Shown here one piece after another: positions 47,810 through 58,120 of a stretch of DNA of 64,000 nt. This DNA is from Lachnospiraceae bacterium (GTDB lineage Bacteria > Bacillota > Clostridia > Lachnospirales > Lachnospiraceae), in NCBI GenBank assembly GCA_045123575.1, contig JBGVKG010000017.1, forward strand, positions 15,520 to 79,519, in the 5' to 3' direction. Below the pieces are notes generated by a model. That model had not been told where the DNA came from. It searched no databases and was given only the letters and a program-made list of their open reading frames with translations. Positions within the stretch are counted from its first letter, which is position 1. The number at the start of each line of letters is the position of its first letter. The position numbers and the translations under genes are program-made.

Positions 47810-49327
47810 TTAATTAACAGCATCTGTATTCATGCTCTCATCTGGCAACTTCTTCTCAGCCTGTCCCTTAAACTTAGCAAGTTCCTTAGCTGCCTGTGGT
47901 ATAGCAATATTTGTTCCAGCACCTGCTATACAGCCACCTGGACAAGCCATTCCCTCAATAAGACATCCATTAAGTCTGCCTGCCTTAGCCTGAAGTAACA
48001 CCTTCTTACACTCAGTAAGACCCTCTGCGTGCTCAATATGCACTGGCACTCCTGGATGATTTTCCTCTACATAAGATTTGATAGCGTCTGCAACACCACC
48101 TGCCACACCATAGCCTCTACCAGCCGCTGTAGCATCCTTCATCTCATCCATAGCTTTTATCTCATCAAGAAGAATACCCTTCGCCTCAAACATACCTGTA
48201 AGCTCTTCAAATGTTATAACGAAATCAACATCCGAACGAACTGTTCTACGGCTAGCCTCAAGCTTCTTAGAAGCACATGGGCCTATAAATACAACCGATG
48301 CATCTGGATGCTCCTTCTTTATAATACGTGCTGTTGCCACCATAGGTGTCAGCTCGTTACTTATCTTATCTATAGTCTCTGGGAAGAGATTCTTCGCCAT
48401 AACAGACCACGATGGACAACAAGATGTAAGTGCAAAAGATTGCTTTCCACTAGCTACCTCGTGTACATAATGCTCTGCCTCTGCCATACAGCCTAAGTCT
48501 GCTCCTATAGCTGTCTCATATACGTCTGCAAAACCAAGCTCCTTTAGTGCTGTCTTAAACATATCAGGTGTTACCTTAAGACCAAACTGACCTACAAAAG
48601 CTGGTGCCACCTGTGCAATAATCTTTCTTCCTGACTGCATCGCTCTAATAAGCTGGAACACCTGAGACTTATCTGCAATAGCACCAAACGGACAGCTAAC
48701 CATACACTGACCACATGATACACACATATCATTGTCTATTACAGCACGTCCAACTCTATCATTCTTTATGGCATTTACACCACAAGCAGCCTTACATGGG
48801 CGCTCCTTGTGACATATAGCATCATATGGACATACAGATTTACATTTTCCACACTTTATACACTTTTCTTTATCTATAACTGACTTTCCCTTGACCATAG
48901 ATATGGCTCCTACCGGACACACACTATGACATGGATGCGCTAAACATCCCATACAAGAGTCTGTTATCTCATATTCATTTTCCGGACACGCATTACATGC
49001 TGATGGAATAACCTGCATAAGAGGTGGCTCATAATATTTTTCATCAATATCGCTTTCCTCAAGGCCCTGTGTCAAATGTCCTGGACGCTCTCTATCCTCT
49101 GGTCTTAAGCTCATACCCATAGCCAGTCGAATACGCTCTCTTGTAATAGAACGCTCTCTATAAACGCTTTCCCAATATATAGACTCATCATAATCAACTA
49201 TCTTATATGGTAAAGCCTCCATATCATCCTTTAAATTAGTCGAATTGTACGCAAGGTTAGCAACCTCCTTGAATACTCTTCTTCTTCGCTGTCTTACAGG
49301 TGTGTCGATACCTCTCATTCCACTCAT
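47810..49327 (-). CDS. [FeFe]-hydrogenase-family protein (ferredoxin-like clusters plus H-cluster domain)
   Basis: 505 aa with several CxxCxxCxxxCP motifs and H-cluster signatures TSCCPSW, GPCASKKLE and EGMACPGGCIAGAG. Confidence 0.7.
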   Translation of the reverse strand: MSGMRGIDTPVRQRRRRVFKEVANLAYNSTNLKDDMEALPYKIVDYDESIYWESVYRERSITRERIRLAMGMSLRPEDRERPGHLTQGLEESDIDEKYYEPPLMQVIPSACNACPENEYEITDSCMGCLAHPCHSVCPVGAISMVKGKSVIDKEKCIKCGKCKSVCPYDAICHKERPCKAACGVNAIKNDRVGRAVIDNDMCVSCGQCMVSCPFGAIADKSQVFQLIRAMQSGRKIIAQVAPAFVGQFGLKVTPDMFKTALKELGFADVYETAIGADLGCMAEAEHYVHEVASGKQSFALTSCCPSWSVMAKNLFPETIDKISNELTPMVATARIIKKEHPDASVVFIGPCASKKLEASRRTVRSDVDFVITFEELTGMFEAKGILLDEIKAMDEMKDATAAGRGYGVAGGVADAIKSYVEENHPGVPVHIEHAEGLTECKKVLLQAKAGRLNGCLIEGMACPGGCIAGAGTNIAIPQAAKELAKFKGQAEKKLPDESMNTDAVN

Positions 49328-49490
49328 AAGAATTCCTCATCTTTCTCTTTATAGTCACTATATTTTACAATTGCGTAAAACATATTTAAACGCATAAATA
49401 TACACTTTATATTAAACCCCAAAACACAAACAAAATCAAGCTATATATTTTTTCTTATGCAAATAATTATCATTATGCGAATTAGCTAAA

Positions 49491-50104
49491 TTACATATAA
49501 TGAATTTTTATTCTCAAATCTGTCTATACTCCTGAACAACACGACTGTCTGTACATATTTTTCAATGCATTGAGAGGTTGCATAATTTCCCTTACGCGCT
49601 CTACTTGAAACAAAGCGCCCGACAAATCGCAGTTGCATAGCAACTACGATTAATTGTGCAATATCGAGGCAGACAACCAGCCAAGATGTTTGTATGGTGA
49701 GTACAGCTGTTTCGATTTTCTATTTTCATTCGCCCCACCTCACAAAATGCCTATTACAAGTAGCCTGCCTGCACAACTCAGTCGCTTGCCCTATAAAGGG
49801 GCAAGCTCCATCAAACAGGTTCGGCAGGCTGCTTTATTTGTGAGGTGGGGCGATGAAAACTTCACGAAAATCTGCAATGCTGTACTCATCCATGCAAATC
49901 ATCCTTGGCTAGGTTGTTCTGACCTATAGTGCATCACGGGCTAATAAGCTTGTTTCAAGAGAGCACTTAGGGGAATTTGCGTTCTCGGAAAAAGCACTGA
50001 ATAATATGTATAGATAACCTGTTGTTAGGAGTGGTAATGAGTAATTTGTCATAAAAATCGAGTATAACTAGTTATGAGTTTCGGATAATGAGAATTATGT
50101 GTAA
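49491..50104. repeat. Long imperfect palindrome, copy 2 (about 614 nt), same family as 33826-34338
   Basis: Arms are symmetric around the apical hairpin gcttgccc(49784-49791)/gggcaagc(49799-49806). Paired blocks include agcctgcc/ggcaggct, ttcgccccacctcacaaa/tttgtgaggtggggcga, gagtacagc/gctgtactc, cccttacgcgctctacttgaaacaaagc/gcttgtttcaagagagcacttagggg, and termini ttacatataat/attatgtgtaa. Confidence 0.8.
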
Positions 50105-50176
50105 AATAAAAAGCATTGAAAAGATAAAGCAGTTGTATTATAATGGGGGGGTATCAGTTGTGCTCACAGGAGGAAA

Positions 50177-50746
50177 ATGATGAAGAAGTTATTATTAATG
50201 CTTGCGTTAGTGATTAGTATGGTTGCAGCGACTGCATGCGGTGCTAAAACAGATGATGCAGGAGAAAGTTTCAATAATATGAATTCTGAAAAGGAATCAA
50301 AAGAGGATAAAAAGGAGCCTATACGTTGGGAGTTTAAATGGTCTGTACCAGAAGGATTTTTGTCTGAGGATGGAGAACTTTATGTAACAGATGATTATCC
50401 AACCGACACATCAAATATTACTTATACACATAGTGAAAATGATAGCATGGGTATTAATTTTACATCTAAGAAGTTCGAAGAATTAATGGAGGATACATTC
50501 TCAAAGCTTGGAATGGAAATAGATGTTGTAGTTGATAAGTTTGAAGAAATTGAAAAGAGCGGATGCAAAGGTCTTTCAATAGAAAGCCATTATTCAATGG
50601 GTGAAGTAGAGCTTATTCAGATACAATATGTATTCCAGTTGGGCGAAGAGATACATACTGTATGTTATACTGCAGTTGGTGATACATGGCTTGATAAGTT
50701 TGTCGAGAGCGCTAAGAGTATAACAATTACACCTATATACGAATAA
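50177..50746 (+). CDS. Lipoprotein, function unknown
   Basis: 189 aa with signal peptide and lipobox VAATAC|G, and a strong RBS AGGAGG. Confidence 0.6.
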   Translation: MMKKLLLMLALVISMVAATACGAKTDDAGESFNNMNSEKESKEDKKEPIRWEFKWSVPEGFLSEDGELYVTDDYPTDTSNITYTHSENDSMGINFTSKKFEELMEDTFSKLGMEIDVVVDKFEEIEKSGCKGLSIESHYSMGEVELIQIQYVFQLGEEIHTVCYTAVGDTWLDKFVESAKSITITPIYE

Positions 50747-50756
50747 GATTTATAAA

Positions 50757-50783
50757 AAGGGCAATGAATTCATTGCCCTTTTG
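50757..50783 (+). terminator. Intrinsic terminator
   Basis: Stem aagggcaatga/tcattgccctt followed by TTTT(G). Confidence 0.7.
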
Positions 50784-50804
50784 AAGTAAGAAAAGGGTAC
50801 AGAT

Positions 50805-52205
50805 ATGAAGTTAAGTAAGATTGTAAGAATTGTTAATATGGGTGTAGCCTTTCTTGTGCTTGCATTTTTTATGAGTGCATGTGTGTCTAAAGGCAAGGTT
50901 GACAAGGACAGAGCGACTTCAGATACAAGAGATAAGGTGGAGGTCGAAAGTTCTAGAGAACAGTTCATCGAGGATGAAACTACTACCAAGGTATTGGAGG
51001 AAGGGCCTACAGCGTCAGTATTGCCTAATGATGCTACTACGCAACCACCAACATCGACAAAAGAAAATACAAAACCTACTCAGACAACAAATAAAACTAA
51101 TACAACAGAAAAACAGACAACGACAGTAATACATACAGAAGATAAGACAACTATAGAGGAAACGACTACAGAAGAGGAGACAACTACGCAAACTCCACCT
51201 ACCGTAGAGTCATTTTATATGACAAAGACTGAATTTGACATTACAGATATGTCATATATGAGTCTTGGATTTTATATTAAGAATAATCCTGGAAATATAG
51301 AATGGGTGTCTAAGGACTCAACAGTGGCACAGATAATTGATGATGAACTTATAGGAATTAACACTGGAACTACGACTATAACAGGAACAGTTGGTGAAAA
51401 TTCTGTTACTATATCAGTGAATGTAGAGCCGTTATATGAATATGAGGAAGAAAGACCACAGTACATATTTATGTCGTCTGAACGTATCTATTTGTTTATG
51501 GAAAGTGTAGATGTGGAATCTGAATACAAAGAATCTTTAATGACAGATTTGGAAAAGATTTTAGATGAGATAGAAAAAGTAACAGGATATTCTTACACTA
51601 AGATAAGTGATAATGTGGAGCATGATGATACAAGAACTAAGATTGTTATACAGGCCATAGGGACAGACGAAGTGTATGTGTCTACCGACGAGTTAGTTAT
51701 AGATGTAGCTTCTATGGATTTTGAACAAAATGGTATTTATAATATAGTATCGGAACTGCTAGGTATGGTGTTACTAAGAAATAGTGTGGATGTAGGTGCT
51801 GCTATAAATGAGGGATACAAAGAATACCAGCAATCCCAGGTGTGTCATATATTTGAGTATGATGTAATATATGATGCGTCAAATATTCACCAGGAACAAT
51901 TAAAAGTTATGGATGAACTAACTGTAGATAATATAGTAGATAAGCTGTTGTATCCTGAAAATAATACACTTAGCTACTATTTTGTAAGATATATAGCGGA
52001 GAATTATGGTAACGACAAAATAAAGAAATTGGCTGATGCTATAACTATAAAAGCAGTGGAATTATATGAAAGCGTTCTGGCAGGACAGGCAAGCTTGTTC
52101 ACGGAAGAAGAGATATTGCATATCATTGAGGAGAATACTTCATTAGAAATAATGGATGATTTTTATGATTACATAATAAGTATAAGAGAAATGGAGAGCT
52201 TATAA
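50805..52205 (+). CDS. Secreted or lipid-anchored protein with a Thr/Glu-rich linker and a Big_2-like Ig domain
   Basis: 466 aa with signal peptide/lipobox FFMSAC|V, a TTxxT-rich low-complexity linker, and a VAQIIDDELIGINTGTTTITGTVGENSVTISVNVEP segment (Big_2-like). The C-terminal roughly 250 aa are uncharacterised. Confidence 0.55.
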   Translation: MKLSKIVRIVNMGVAFLVLAFFMSACVSKGKVDKDRATSDTRDKVEVESSREQFIEDETTTKVLEEGPTASVLPNDATTQPPTSTKENTKPTQTTNKTNTTEKQTTTVIHTEDKTTIEETTTEEETTTQTPPTVESFYMTKTEFDITDMSYMSLGFYIKNNPGNIEWVSKDSTVAQIIDDELIGINTGTTTITGTVGENSVTISVNVEPLYEYEEERPQYIFMSSERIYLFMESVDVESEYKESLMTDLEKILDEIEKVTGYSYTKISDNVEHDDTRTKIVIQAIGTDEVYVSTDELVIDVASMDFEQNGIYNIVSELLGMVLLRNSVDVGAAINEGYKEYQQSQVCHIFEYDVIYDASNIHQEQLKVMDELTVDNIVDKLLYPENNTLSYYFVRYIAENYGNDKIKKLADAITIKAVELYESVLAGQASLFTEEEILHIIEENTSLEIMDDFYDYIISIREMESL

Positions 52206-52229
52206 AGCTCTCCATTTGTATAGATAAGG

Positions 52230-52523
52230 CTAGTCCTCTATCTTCTCATATCTGTTCCATATTTTATCTGCACCACATACATGCTTAGAACCATCGGCGT
52301 CTAAGATGATATAATCGCCTTCACCGATGAATGTGTATCCTCTGCGGTTCTTAATGTATGGGCAGACAATATTTCCACTTTCGTTTGTAATCTTAATTAA
52401 AAAATCGGTTACGATCCAACCCTGGGTAAGGAGCTTTGTCCAAGTTTCAAAACCATCTTCAAGACCCTTGCCTGGTTCGTATTTTACAACCTCTGATTCT
52501 AAACAAATTCTTTTGCACTTCAT
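52230..52523 (-). CDS. Hypothetical small protein (97 aa)
   Basis: Strong RBS AGGAGG 8 nt upstream of the ATG. No recognisable motif. Confidence 0.5.
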   Translation of the reverse strand: MKCKRICLESEVVKYEPGKGLEDGFETWTKLLTQGWIVTDFLIKITNESGNIVCPYIKNRRGYTFIGEGDYIILDADGSKHVCGADKIWNRYEKIED

Positions 52524-52663
52524 AATGAGTTCCTCCTATCTGTCATTTATACGATTAATTGTACACGTTACCTTTTATTCACTTACATTATAACATACAA
52601 ATAGGGTATTTGAAAATAAAAAAATTGCAAAATTATAATAAAATATAATAAAAACAGTCAATT

Positions 52664-53422
52664 TTAGTATAAAGGCAATAATTTCATTATAATTGGAACT
52701 TGTTTAGCCCAAGAAGCTTCATTATGGTTGCCACCTGGTATGATACGCAGTGTTGTAGATACGTTTTTCTCAACAAGCAATTTTGTTGCATCTAGTAATA
52801 TACCCATATTATCTTGGTGATGATGAAGCTCTTTTGAACCATAGTCCATATAGATGCAGGTTTCTTGGTTAATCTTTGAATCTGCAATTAACTTTATGAC
52901 CTCGTTAGGAGATATCCATAGGCTAGGTGAAAGGCATAAGGCATAACTAAAAAATCTGTTGTAAAAAGTTGCGCCATAAAATGACATTAATCCACCTAGA
53001 GAAGAACCACATATAAATGTATGTTTTCTATCTTTGTAAGTTCTAAGCTCTTTATCTACAGCAGGCTTTAAGGTTTTTGTAAGCCAGTCCATATATATTT
53101 TACCTTGTGCTTTAAAAGAACCCATTGGTTCGTATGTGAAATCAAATGGGCTATATTCGGATAAACGAGCATTGCCATCATGATTACATTCTATAGCTAT
53201 GATTATCAAATCTAAAGGATTATTGATTAAATAGTCCGACATACCCCATGAGGTGCCATATGTCGAATCGCTATCAAAGAATACATTGTGACCATCAAAC
53301 ATATACATAACTGGATAACGTTTATCAGTCTGCTTGTTATAGTCGTCTGGTAGATATATATAGCCCTTTCTAGTTAAATTACCTGTCAAAGGTGGAATAG
53401 CTATATCGAATTTCTTTATCAT
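52664..53422 (-). CDS. Alpha/beta hydrolase, putative esterase family
   Basis: 252 aa with YPVMYMFDGHN and nucleophile elbow GSSLGG, typical of the PF00756-type esterase family. RBS AAAGGAGG. Confidence 0.7.
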   Translation of the reverse strand: MIKKFDIAIPPLTGNLTRKGYIYLPDDYNKQTDKRYPVMYMFDGHNVFFDSDSTYGTSWGMSDYLINNPLDLIIIAIECNHDGNARLSEYSPFDFTYEPMGSFKAQGKIYMDWLTKTLKPAVDKELRTYKDRKHTFICGSSLGGLMSFYGATFYNRFFSYALCLSPSLWISPNEVIKLIADSKINQETCIYMDYGSKELHHHQDNMGILLDATKLLVEKNVSTTLRIIPGGNHNEASWAKQVPIIMKLLPLY

Positions 53423-53585
53423 AGAACCTCCTTTCTATTGTCACAAAAATATTACTTAAAGTATATGGTTAATGTAAGTAATTTGTCAATGGGAGACATT
53501 TTTAAAATATGTTGAAGATAAGATGGAATAGTGGTAAAATTATAAAGAATATGTATATTATTAAGCAATTAGGAGATTTGTAAAA

Positions 53586-54941
53586 ATGAAGATAATTGTA
53601 GTAGGCTGTGGTAAGGTTGGATATGCATTGGCAGAGCAACTTGACAAAGAAGGACATGATATAACAGTTATAGATAAGGATGACAAGAAACTAGAGAAGA
53701 TATCATCTACTATGGATGTGTACTGTATCAATGGAAATGGAGCTAGCCATAATGTTCAGATGGAGGCAGGCATCAAAGATGCAGATTTGCTTATATCTAT
53801 GACGGATAGTGATGAAGTGAATATGCTTTGCTGTCTTATTGCTAAGAAGGCTGGTAATTGCCAGACTATTGCACGTATTAGAAAACCAGAATATTTTGAA
53901 GAAGTTAGTTTCTTGAAAGATGAATTAGGTTTATCTATGGCTATTAATCCTGAGCAGACTGCAGCAGCTGAAATGTCAAGACTTATTCAGTATCCAAAGG
54001 CTCTTGAGGTGGAGACATTTGTTAAGGGTCGAGTTACTATGATAAAGGTTGTTATAGCTGAAAAGTCTCCTTTGGACGGAGTTGTCTTAAAGGATATGGG
54101 CAAAGTGGTAAGTAATAGAGTGCTTGTATGTATCGTTAAGCGTGGAAATGACGTTGTGATACCAGATGGTAATTTTATGTTACAGGCAGGAGATGCTGTA
54201 TCACTTATATTGCCGGTAGAGGAATCCACAGCATTCTTTAAGAAGATGGGCATAAAAACACCTCCGATTAAGTCGGTAATGATAGCTGGTGGTGGAACTA
54301 CATCATATTATCTTGCAAAACAGCTCAATAAGACAGGAGTTAAGGTTAAGATAATAGATGAGAAGTTGGAAAGATGTGAGGAACTCAGTGAATTATTACC
54401 AGATGCTACAATTATTAATGGCTGGTGTATAGATAAGAACTTATTATTATCAGAAGGCATCAAAGACACGGATGCTATGATAGCGTTAACATCACTTGAT
54501 GAAGAAAATATTATGCTTACACTTTATGCAAAGGCTATAGCTGATTGTAAAACTATGACATTAGTTGATAAGATTACTTTCCAGGAAGTAATGGACAATA
54601 TGGATTTAGACACAGTTATATCTGTGAAGAATCTTACAACTGCAGCTATAGTAAGATATGTTAGAGCTATGCAGAATTCATATGGAAGCAATGTGCAGAC
54701 TCTTCATAGATTGGCAGAGGGCAAAGTTGAGGCGTTGGAGTTTAGAGTTAGAGATAAGGCAAAAGTTATCGGCAAGACTTTATATGAATTGCAGTTAAAG
54801 AAAAATCTGCTGGTATGCTGTATATCTAGAAAAGGAAAGATAATAACACCGTCTGGACGTGATGAATTGATGCCTGGTGATGGAGTAGTGGTAGTAACTA
54901 CAAATATGGGTCTAGACGATATAGACGATATTTTAGCATAG
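53586..54941 (+). CDS. trkA: Trk potassium uptake system NAD-binding subunit
   Basis: 451 aa with two tandem RCK N/C modules (IIVVGCGKVGYALA, VMIAGGGTTSYYLA). Confidence 0.9.
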   Translation: MKIIVVGCGKVGYALAEQLDKEGHDITVIDKDDKKLEKISSTMDVYCINGNGASHNVQMEAGIKDADLLISMTDSDEVNMLCCLIAKKAGNCQTIARIRKPEYFEEVSFLKDELGLSMAINPEQTAAAEMSRLIQYPKALEVETFVKGRVTMIKVVIAEKSPLDGVVLKDMGKVVSNRVLVCIVKRGNDVVIPDGNFMLQAGDAVSLILPVEESTAFFKKMGIKTPPIKSVMIAGGGTTSYYLAKQLNKTGVKVKIIDEKLERCEELSELLPDATIINGWCIDKNLLLSEGIKDTDAMIALTSLDEENIMLTLYAKAIADCKTMTLVDKITFQEVMDNMDLDTVISVKNLTTAAIVRYVRAMQNSYGSNVQTLHRLAEGKVEALEFRVRDKAKVIGKTLYELQLKKNLLVCCISRKGKIITPSGRDELMPGDGVVVVTTNMGLDDIDDILA

Positions 54942-54958
54942 TATATGGGAGCAATTAT

Positions 54959-56398
54959 ATGAATTACAGATTGGTTATATATTTAATGGGCAAGGTAATG
55001 ATGTTTCTGTCATTATTCTTGTTACTGCCTAGCATAGTGGCTCTCGTGTATGGAGAGTGGTCGGGAATATACTTTTTGGCAACTTCTTTTGGGTGTCTTA
55101 TAATTGGCTTTTTAATGTCGAGAAAGAAACCTAAGAATACACTGTTTTATGCAAGAGAAGGCTTCGTGGTTGTGGCATTAAGCTGGATTATGTTAAGTAT
55201 TTTTGGTGCTATACCATTTTGGGCAAGTGGAGAGATTCCAAATGTAGTAGATGCTATGTTTGAAATGGTGTCAGGATTTACTACTACAGGTGCTAGTATA
55301 GTGCCAGACGTTGAAGGCTTGTCTAAATGTATGTTATTCTGGCGTAGTTTTTCACACTGGATAGGCGGCATGGGAGTGCTGGTGTTTATGTTAGCTATAT
55401 TGCCTATGGCGGGGGGCAACAATATGCACTTGCTTAGAGCAGAAAGTTCAGGAACAACTGTTGGAAAGTTGGTTCCCAAAATGAAGCAAACAGCCATTAT
55501 TTTATATGGTATATACATAGGATTAACTGTACTTGAGTTTATCTGTTTAGCTATATCAGGAATGAAGGTGTTTGACAATATCTGTTTAACCTTCGGTACA
55601 GCAGGTACAGGTGGTTTTGGTATATTGGCTGACAGCATTGCATCATATACTGCTGCGCAGCAATGGATAATAACAATATTTATGATGCTGTTTGGTGTTA
55701 ATTTCAGCTTCTATTATCTGATTTTATTAAAGAAACTTGGTCAGGCATTTAAGCTTGAAGAGGTAAAATGGTATTTTGCTATTTATCTATCAGCAGTTGT
55801 AATTATTGCCATCAACATTTATAATAGCATCGGAAATGTCGGTGATACCATTAGACATGCAGCATTTCAGGTTGCGTCTGTTATGACTACAACAGGTTAT
55901 GCGACCATCGACTATGAACATTGGCCACAGATAGCTATTATGGTTATGACGGCAGTAATGTTTATAGGTGGATGTGCAGGAAGTACCGGTGGTGGTATGA
56001 AGGTTAGCCGTTTTGTTATAGGTGCCAAAAGTGCGTCTAGAGAATTAAAGAAGCTTATTCATCCACAAGGTGTCAAGATATCTAAAATGGATGGAAAACC
56101 ACTGTCAGACCAAACTATGAAAACTGTAACAGTATATTTTTATATATACGCGTTGATTTTTGCATTTTCAGCGCTTATAGTAGCGTTTGATAATTTTGAT
56201 TTTGAGACTACATTCACATCTATAGTGGCTACGCTTAATAATATAGGCCCAGGTTTTGGTGGAGTAGGACCAACAGATAATTTTTCGCAATTTTCGATTC
56301 TGTCCAAGTTAGTGTTTATTTTTGACATGCTAGTAGGCAGATTGGAGATATTCCCTATGTTACTTTTATTCATGCCATCAACATGGAAGAATAGATAA
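54959..56398 (+). CDS. trkH: Trk-type potassium transporter membrane subunit
   Basis: 479 aa, polytopic, with selectivity-filter-like TTTG/TAGTGG/TTTGY/GPGFG repeats. Adjacent to trkA. Confidence 0.9.
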   Translation: MNYRLVIYLMGKVMMFLSLFLLLPSIVALVYGEWSGIYFLATSFGCLIIGFLMSRKKPKNTLFYAREGFVVVALSWIMLSIFGAIPFWASGEIPNVVDAMFEMVSGFTTTGASIVPDVEGLSKCMLFWRSFSHWIGGMGVLVFMLAILPMAGGNNMHLLRAESSGTTVGKLVPKMKQTAIILYGIYIGLTVLEFICLAISGMKVFDNICLTFGTAGTGGFGILADSIASYTAAQQWIITIFMMLFGVNFSFYYLILLKKLGQAFKLEEVKWYFAIYLSAVVIIAINIYNSIGNVGDTIRHAAFQVASVMTTTGYATIDYEHWPQIAIMVMTAVMFIGGCAGSTGGGMKVSRFVIGAKSASRELKKLIHPQGVKISKMDGKPLSDQTMKTVTVYFYIYALIFAFSALIVAFDNFDFETTFTSIVATLNNIGPGFGGVGPTDNFSQFSILSKLVFIFDMLVGRLEIFPMLLLFMPSTWKNR

Positions 56399-56415
56399 TA
56401 TATACACAAGAAAGG

Positions 56416-57123
56416 ATGAAAAAAATGGGTAAAGATGTAATAGTAGCTTGCGATTTTAGCAGCAAGGAAGAGGTTATTGGATTTCTTAGCAAATTTAAAG
56501 AGGAAAAGCCTTATGTAAAGATAGGTATGGAGCTTTTCTATGCAGAAGGTCCAGATATCGTTAGAGAGATAAAGAAAATGGGACATAAGATATTCTTAGA
56601 TTTGAAGCTTCATGATATTCCAAATACAGTTAAGAAATCTATGACTGTTTTGTCTAATCTTGATGTAGATATGTGTAATCTTCATGCGGCAGGTACAAAG
56701 GCTATGATGGAGGCTGCATTAGAGGGACTTACAAGACCAGATGGAACTAGACCAATTCTTATCGCCGTAACACAGCTTACATCTACAAGTGAGGAGAGAA
56801 TGAGAGAAGATCTTCTCATAGATAAGCCAATTGATGAGGTTGTTATGCATTATGCAAAGAATGCTAAGGATTCAGGCTTAGATGGTATCGTATGTTCACC
56901 ACTTGAGGCAGGAAAGGTTCATGAACTTTGTGGTAATGAGTTTATTACAGTAACTCCTGGTGTAAGATTTGCTGATGGTGATATAGGTGATCAGGTCAGA
57001 GTTACAACTCCTGCTAAGGCAAAAGAAATAGGCTCTGATTATATCGTAGTTGGTAGACCTGTAACAGCAGCAGAGGATCCAGTTGCAGCATATAGAAGAT
57101 GTGTTGCGGAGTTCGTAGGATAG
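56416..57123 (+). CDS. pyrF: Orotidine 5'-phosphate decarboxylase
   Basis: 235 aa with [17 protein letters not shown] and IVVGRPV motifs. An alternative start at 56425 is possible. Confidence 0.9.
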   Translation: MKKMGKDVIVACDFSSKEEVIGFLSKFKEEKPYVKIGMELFYAEGPDIVREIKKMGHKIFLDLKLHDIPNTVKKSMTVLSNLDVDMCNLHAAGTKAMMEAALEGLTRPDGTRPILIAVTQLTSTSEERMREDLLIDKPIDEVVMHYAKNAKDSGLDGIVCSPLEAGKVHELCGNEFITVTPGVRFADGDIGDQVRVTTPAKAKEIGSDYIVVGRPVTAAEDPVAAYRRCVAEFVG

Positions 57124-57834
57124 TTACAGAGGTTGTCTTATGACACCTATTACTGTTCCAAGGCACGTATAACTGTCGATATTTTTTAGTTCGACTTCGT
57201 TGTTGGTAGCAAAAGGTGGAATTAGCCTAACTTTGCTATTCATAACGCTATGTTTTCTAAAGTAAATTATATTATCTTTTATGTAGAGAGCGATTTCGTC
57301 TGGTAGAGGAAATCGCTTTTCTAATGCAATCATATCACCAGGGAAATACATAGGGAAAAGGCTATCACTTAATACAGTCATAGCAAAATTTGCATTTTCC
57401 ATATAGTCAGAGGGAATAGATATATATTCAAATCTATTCTCGTCGTATAGAGCACCATTTCCTAGATATGCGGATGGTGTGTAACATTTTAGAAGTCTTG
57501 TATTGCTAGTATAGGAAGGTTGCAAAGCTAATTCTTTATCTAATACAAGCATAACGCTATTTCTTCCATGAGTATCTAAACTACGCCATTTTCTTAAAAG
57601 TTCAGCCTCATTATCAGAGCTATTTGTTCTTCCAATCAAGTTTTCTATACTACAGTCAAGTGCAGCAGATATGGCGGCTATAACTCCGAGGCTTGGATTT
57701 TTCGTTTTGCAGCTTCTTATGGATTTAATTGTATCTTCAGATACATTGGCCTTTATAGCCAAATCAGTTATGGTGTATCCTTTTATCTTCATTAAAAATT
57801 TTAATCTATCAGCTAATAAATTTGTTATGTCCAT
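57124..57834 (-). CDS. XRE-family HTH regulator with a C-terminal S24 (LexA/CI-like) peptidase domain
   Basis: Start at MDITNLL (AGGAGG upstream). HTH region GYTITDLAIKANVSEDTIKSIRS. C-terminus VLSDSLFPMYFPGDMIAL...YFRK resembles the Ser/Lys dyad region of S24 peptidases. Confidence 0.65.
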   Translation of the reverse strand: MDITNLLADRLKFLMKIKGYTITDLAIKANVSEDTIKSIRSCKTKNPSLGVIAAISAALDCSIENLIGRTNSSDNEAELLRKWRSLDTHGRNSVMLVLDKELALQPSYTSNTRLLKCYTPSAYLGNGALYDENRFEYISIPSDYMENANFAMTVLSDSLFPMYFPGDMIALEKRFPLPDEIALYIKDNIIYFRKHSVMNSKVRLIPPFATNNEVELKNIDSYTCLGTVIGVIRQPL

Positions 57835-58120
57835 AGTTCCTCCTATATAGCAAGTGTAGTAAATATTATAAAGTAAGAAAAAGAAAAAAACAAGTCGAAA
57901 AGTGTATAATAATACACAAAATAATAACAACAAAATTCAAAAGTGTATAAAGACCCCTTGTATTAAGATGTAAGTATGCTATAATTACAAATACAGGTAA
58001 GTGAAATAAGCTTACAGGGGAATAAAAGAATTAAAGTGGCTGTCTGTCTGTGGTGGATGAGACAGCTACTTTGTGTATGTACTCATAAGTATAACAATAA
58101 ATGTGCGATTGGTGGTTTAA

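Noticed and set aside
49654-49929. 91-aa ORF inside the 614-nt palindrome, and similarly 33847-34062 inside the 513-nt palindrome.
   Set aside because: The two ORFs are not homologous in frame between the two element copies. They have no RBS, and the nucleotide-level pairing explains the sequence better than coding does.
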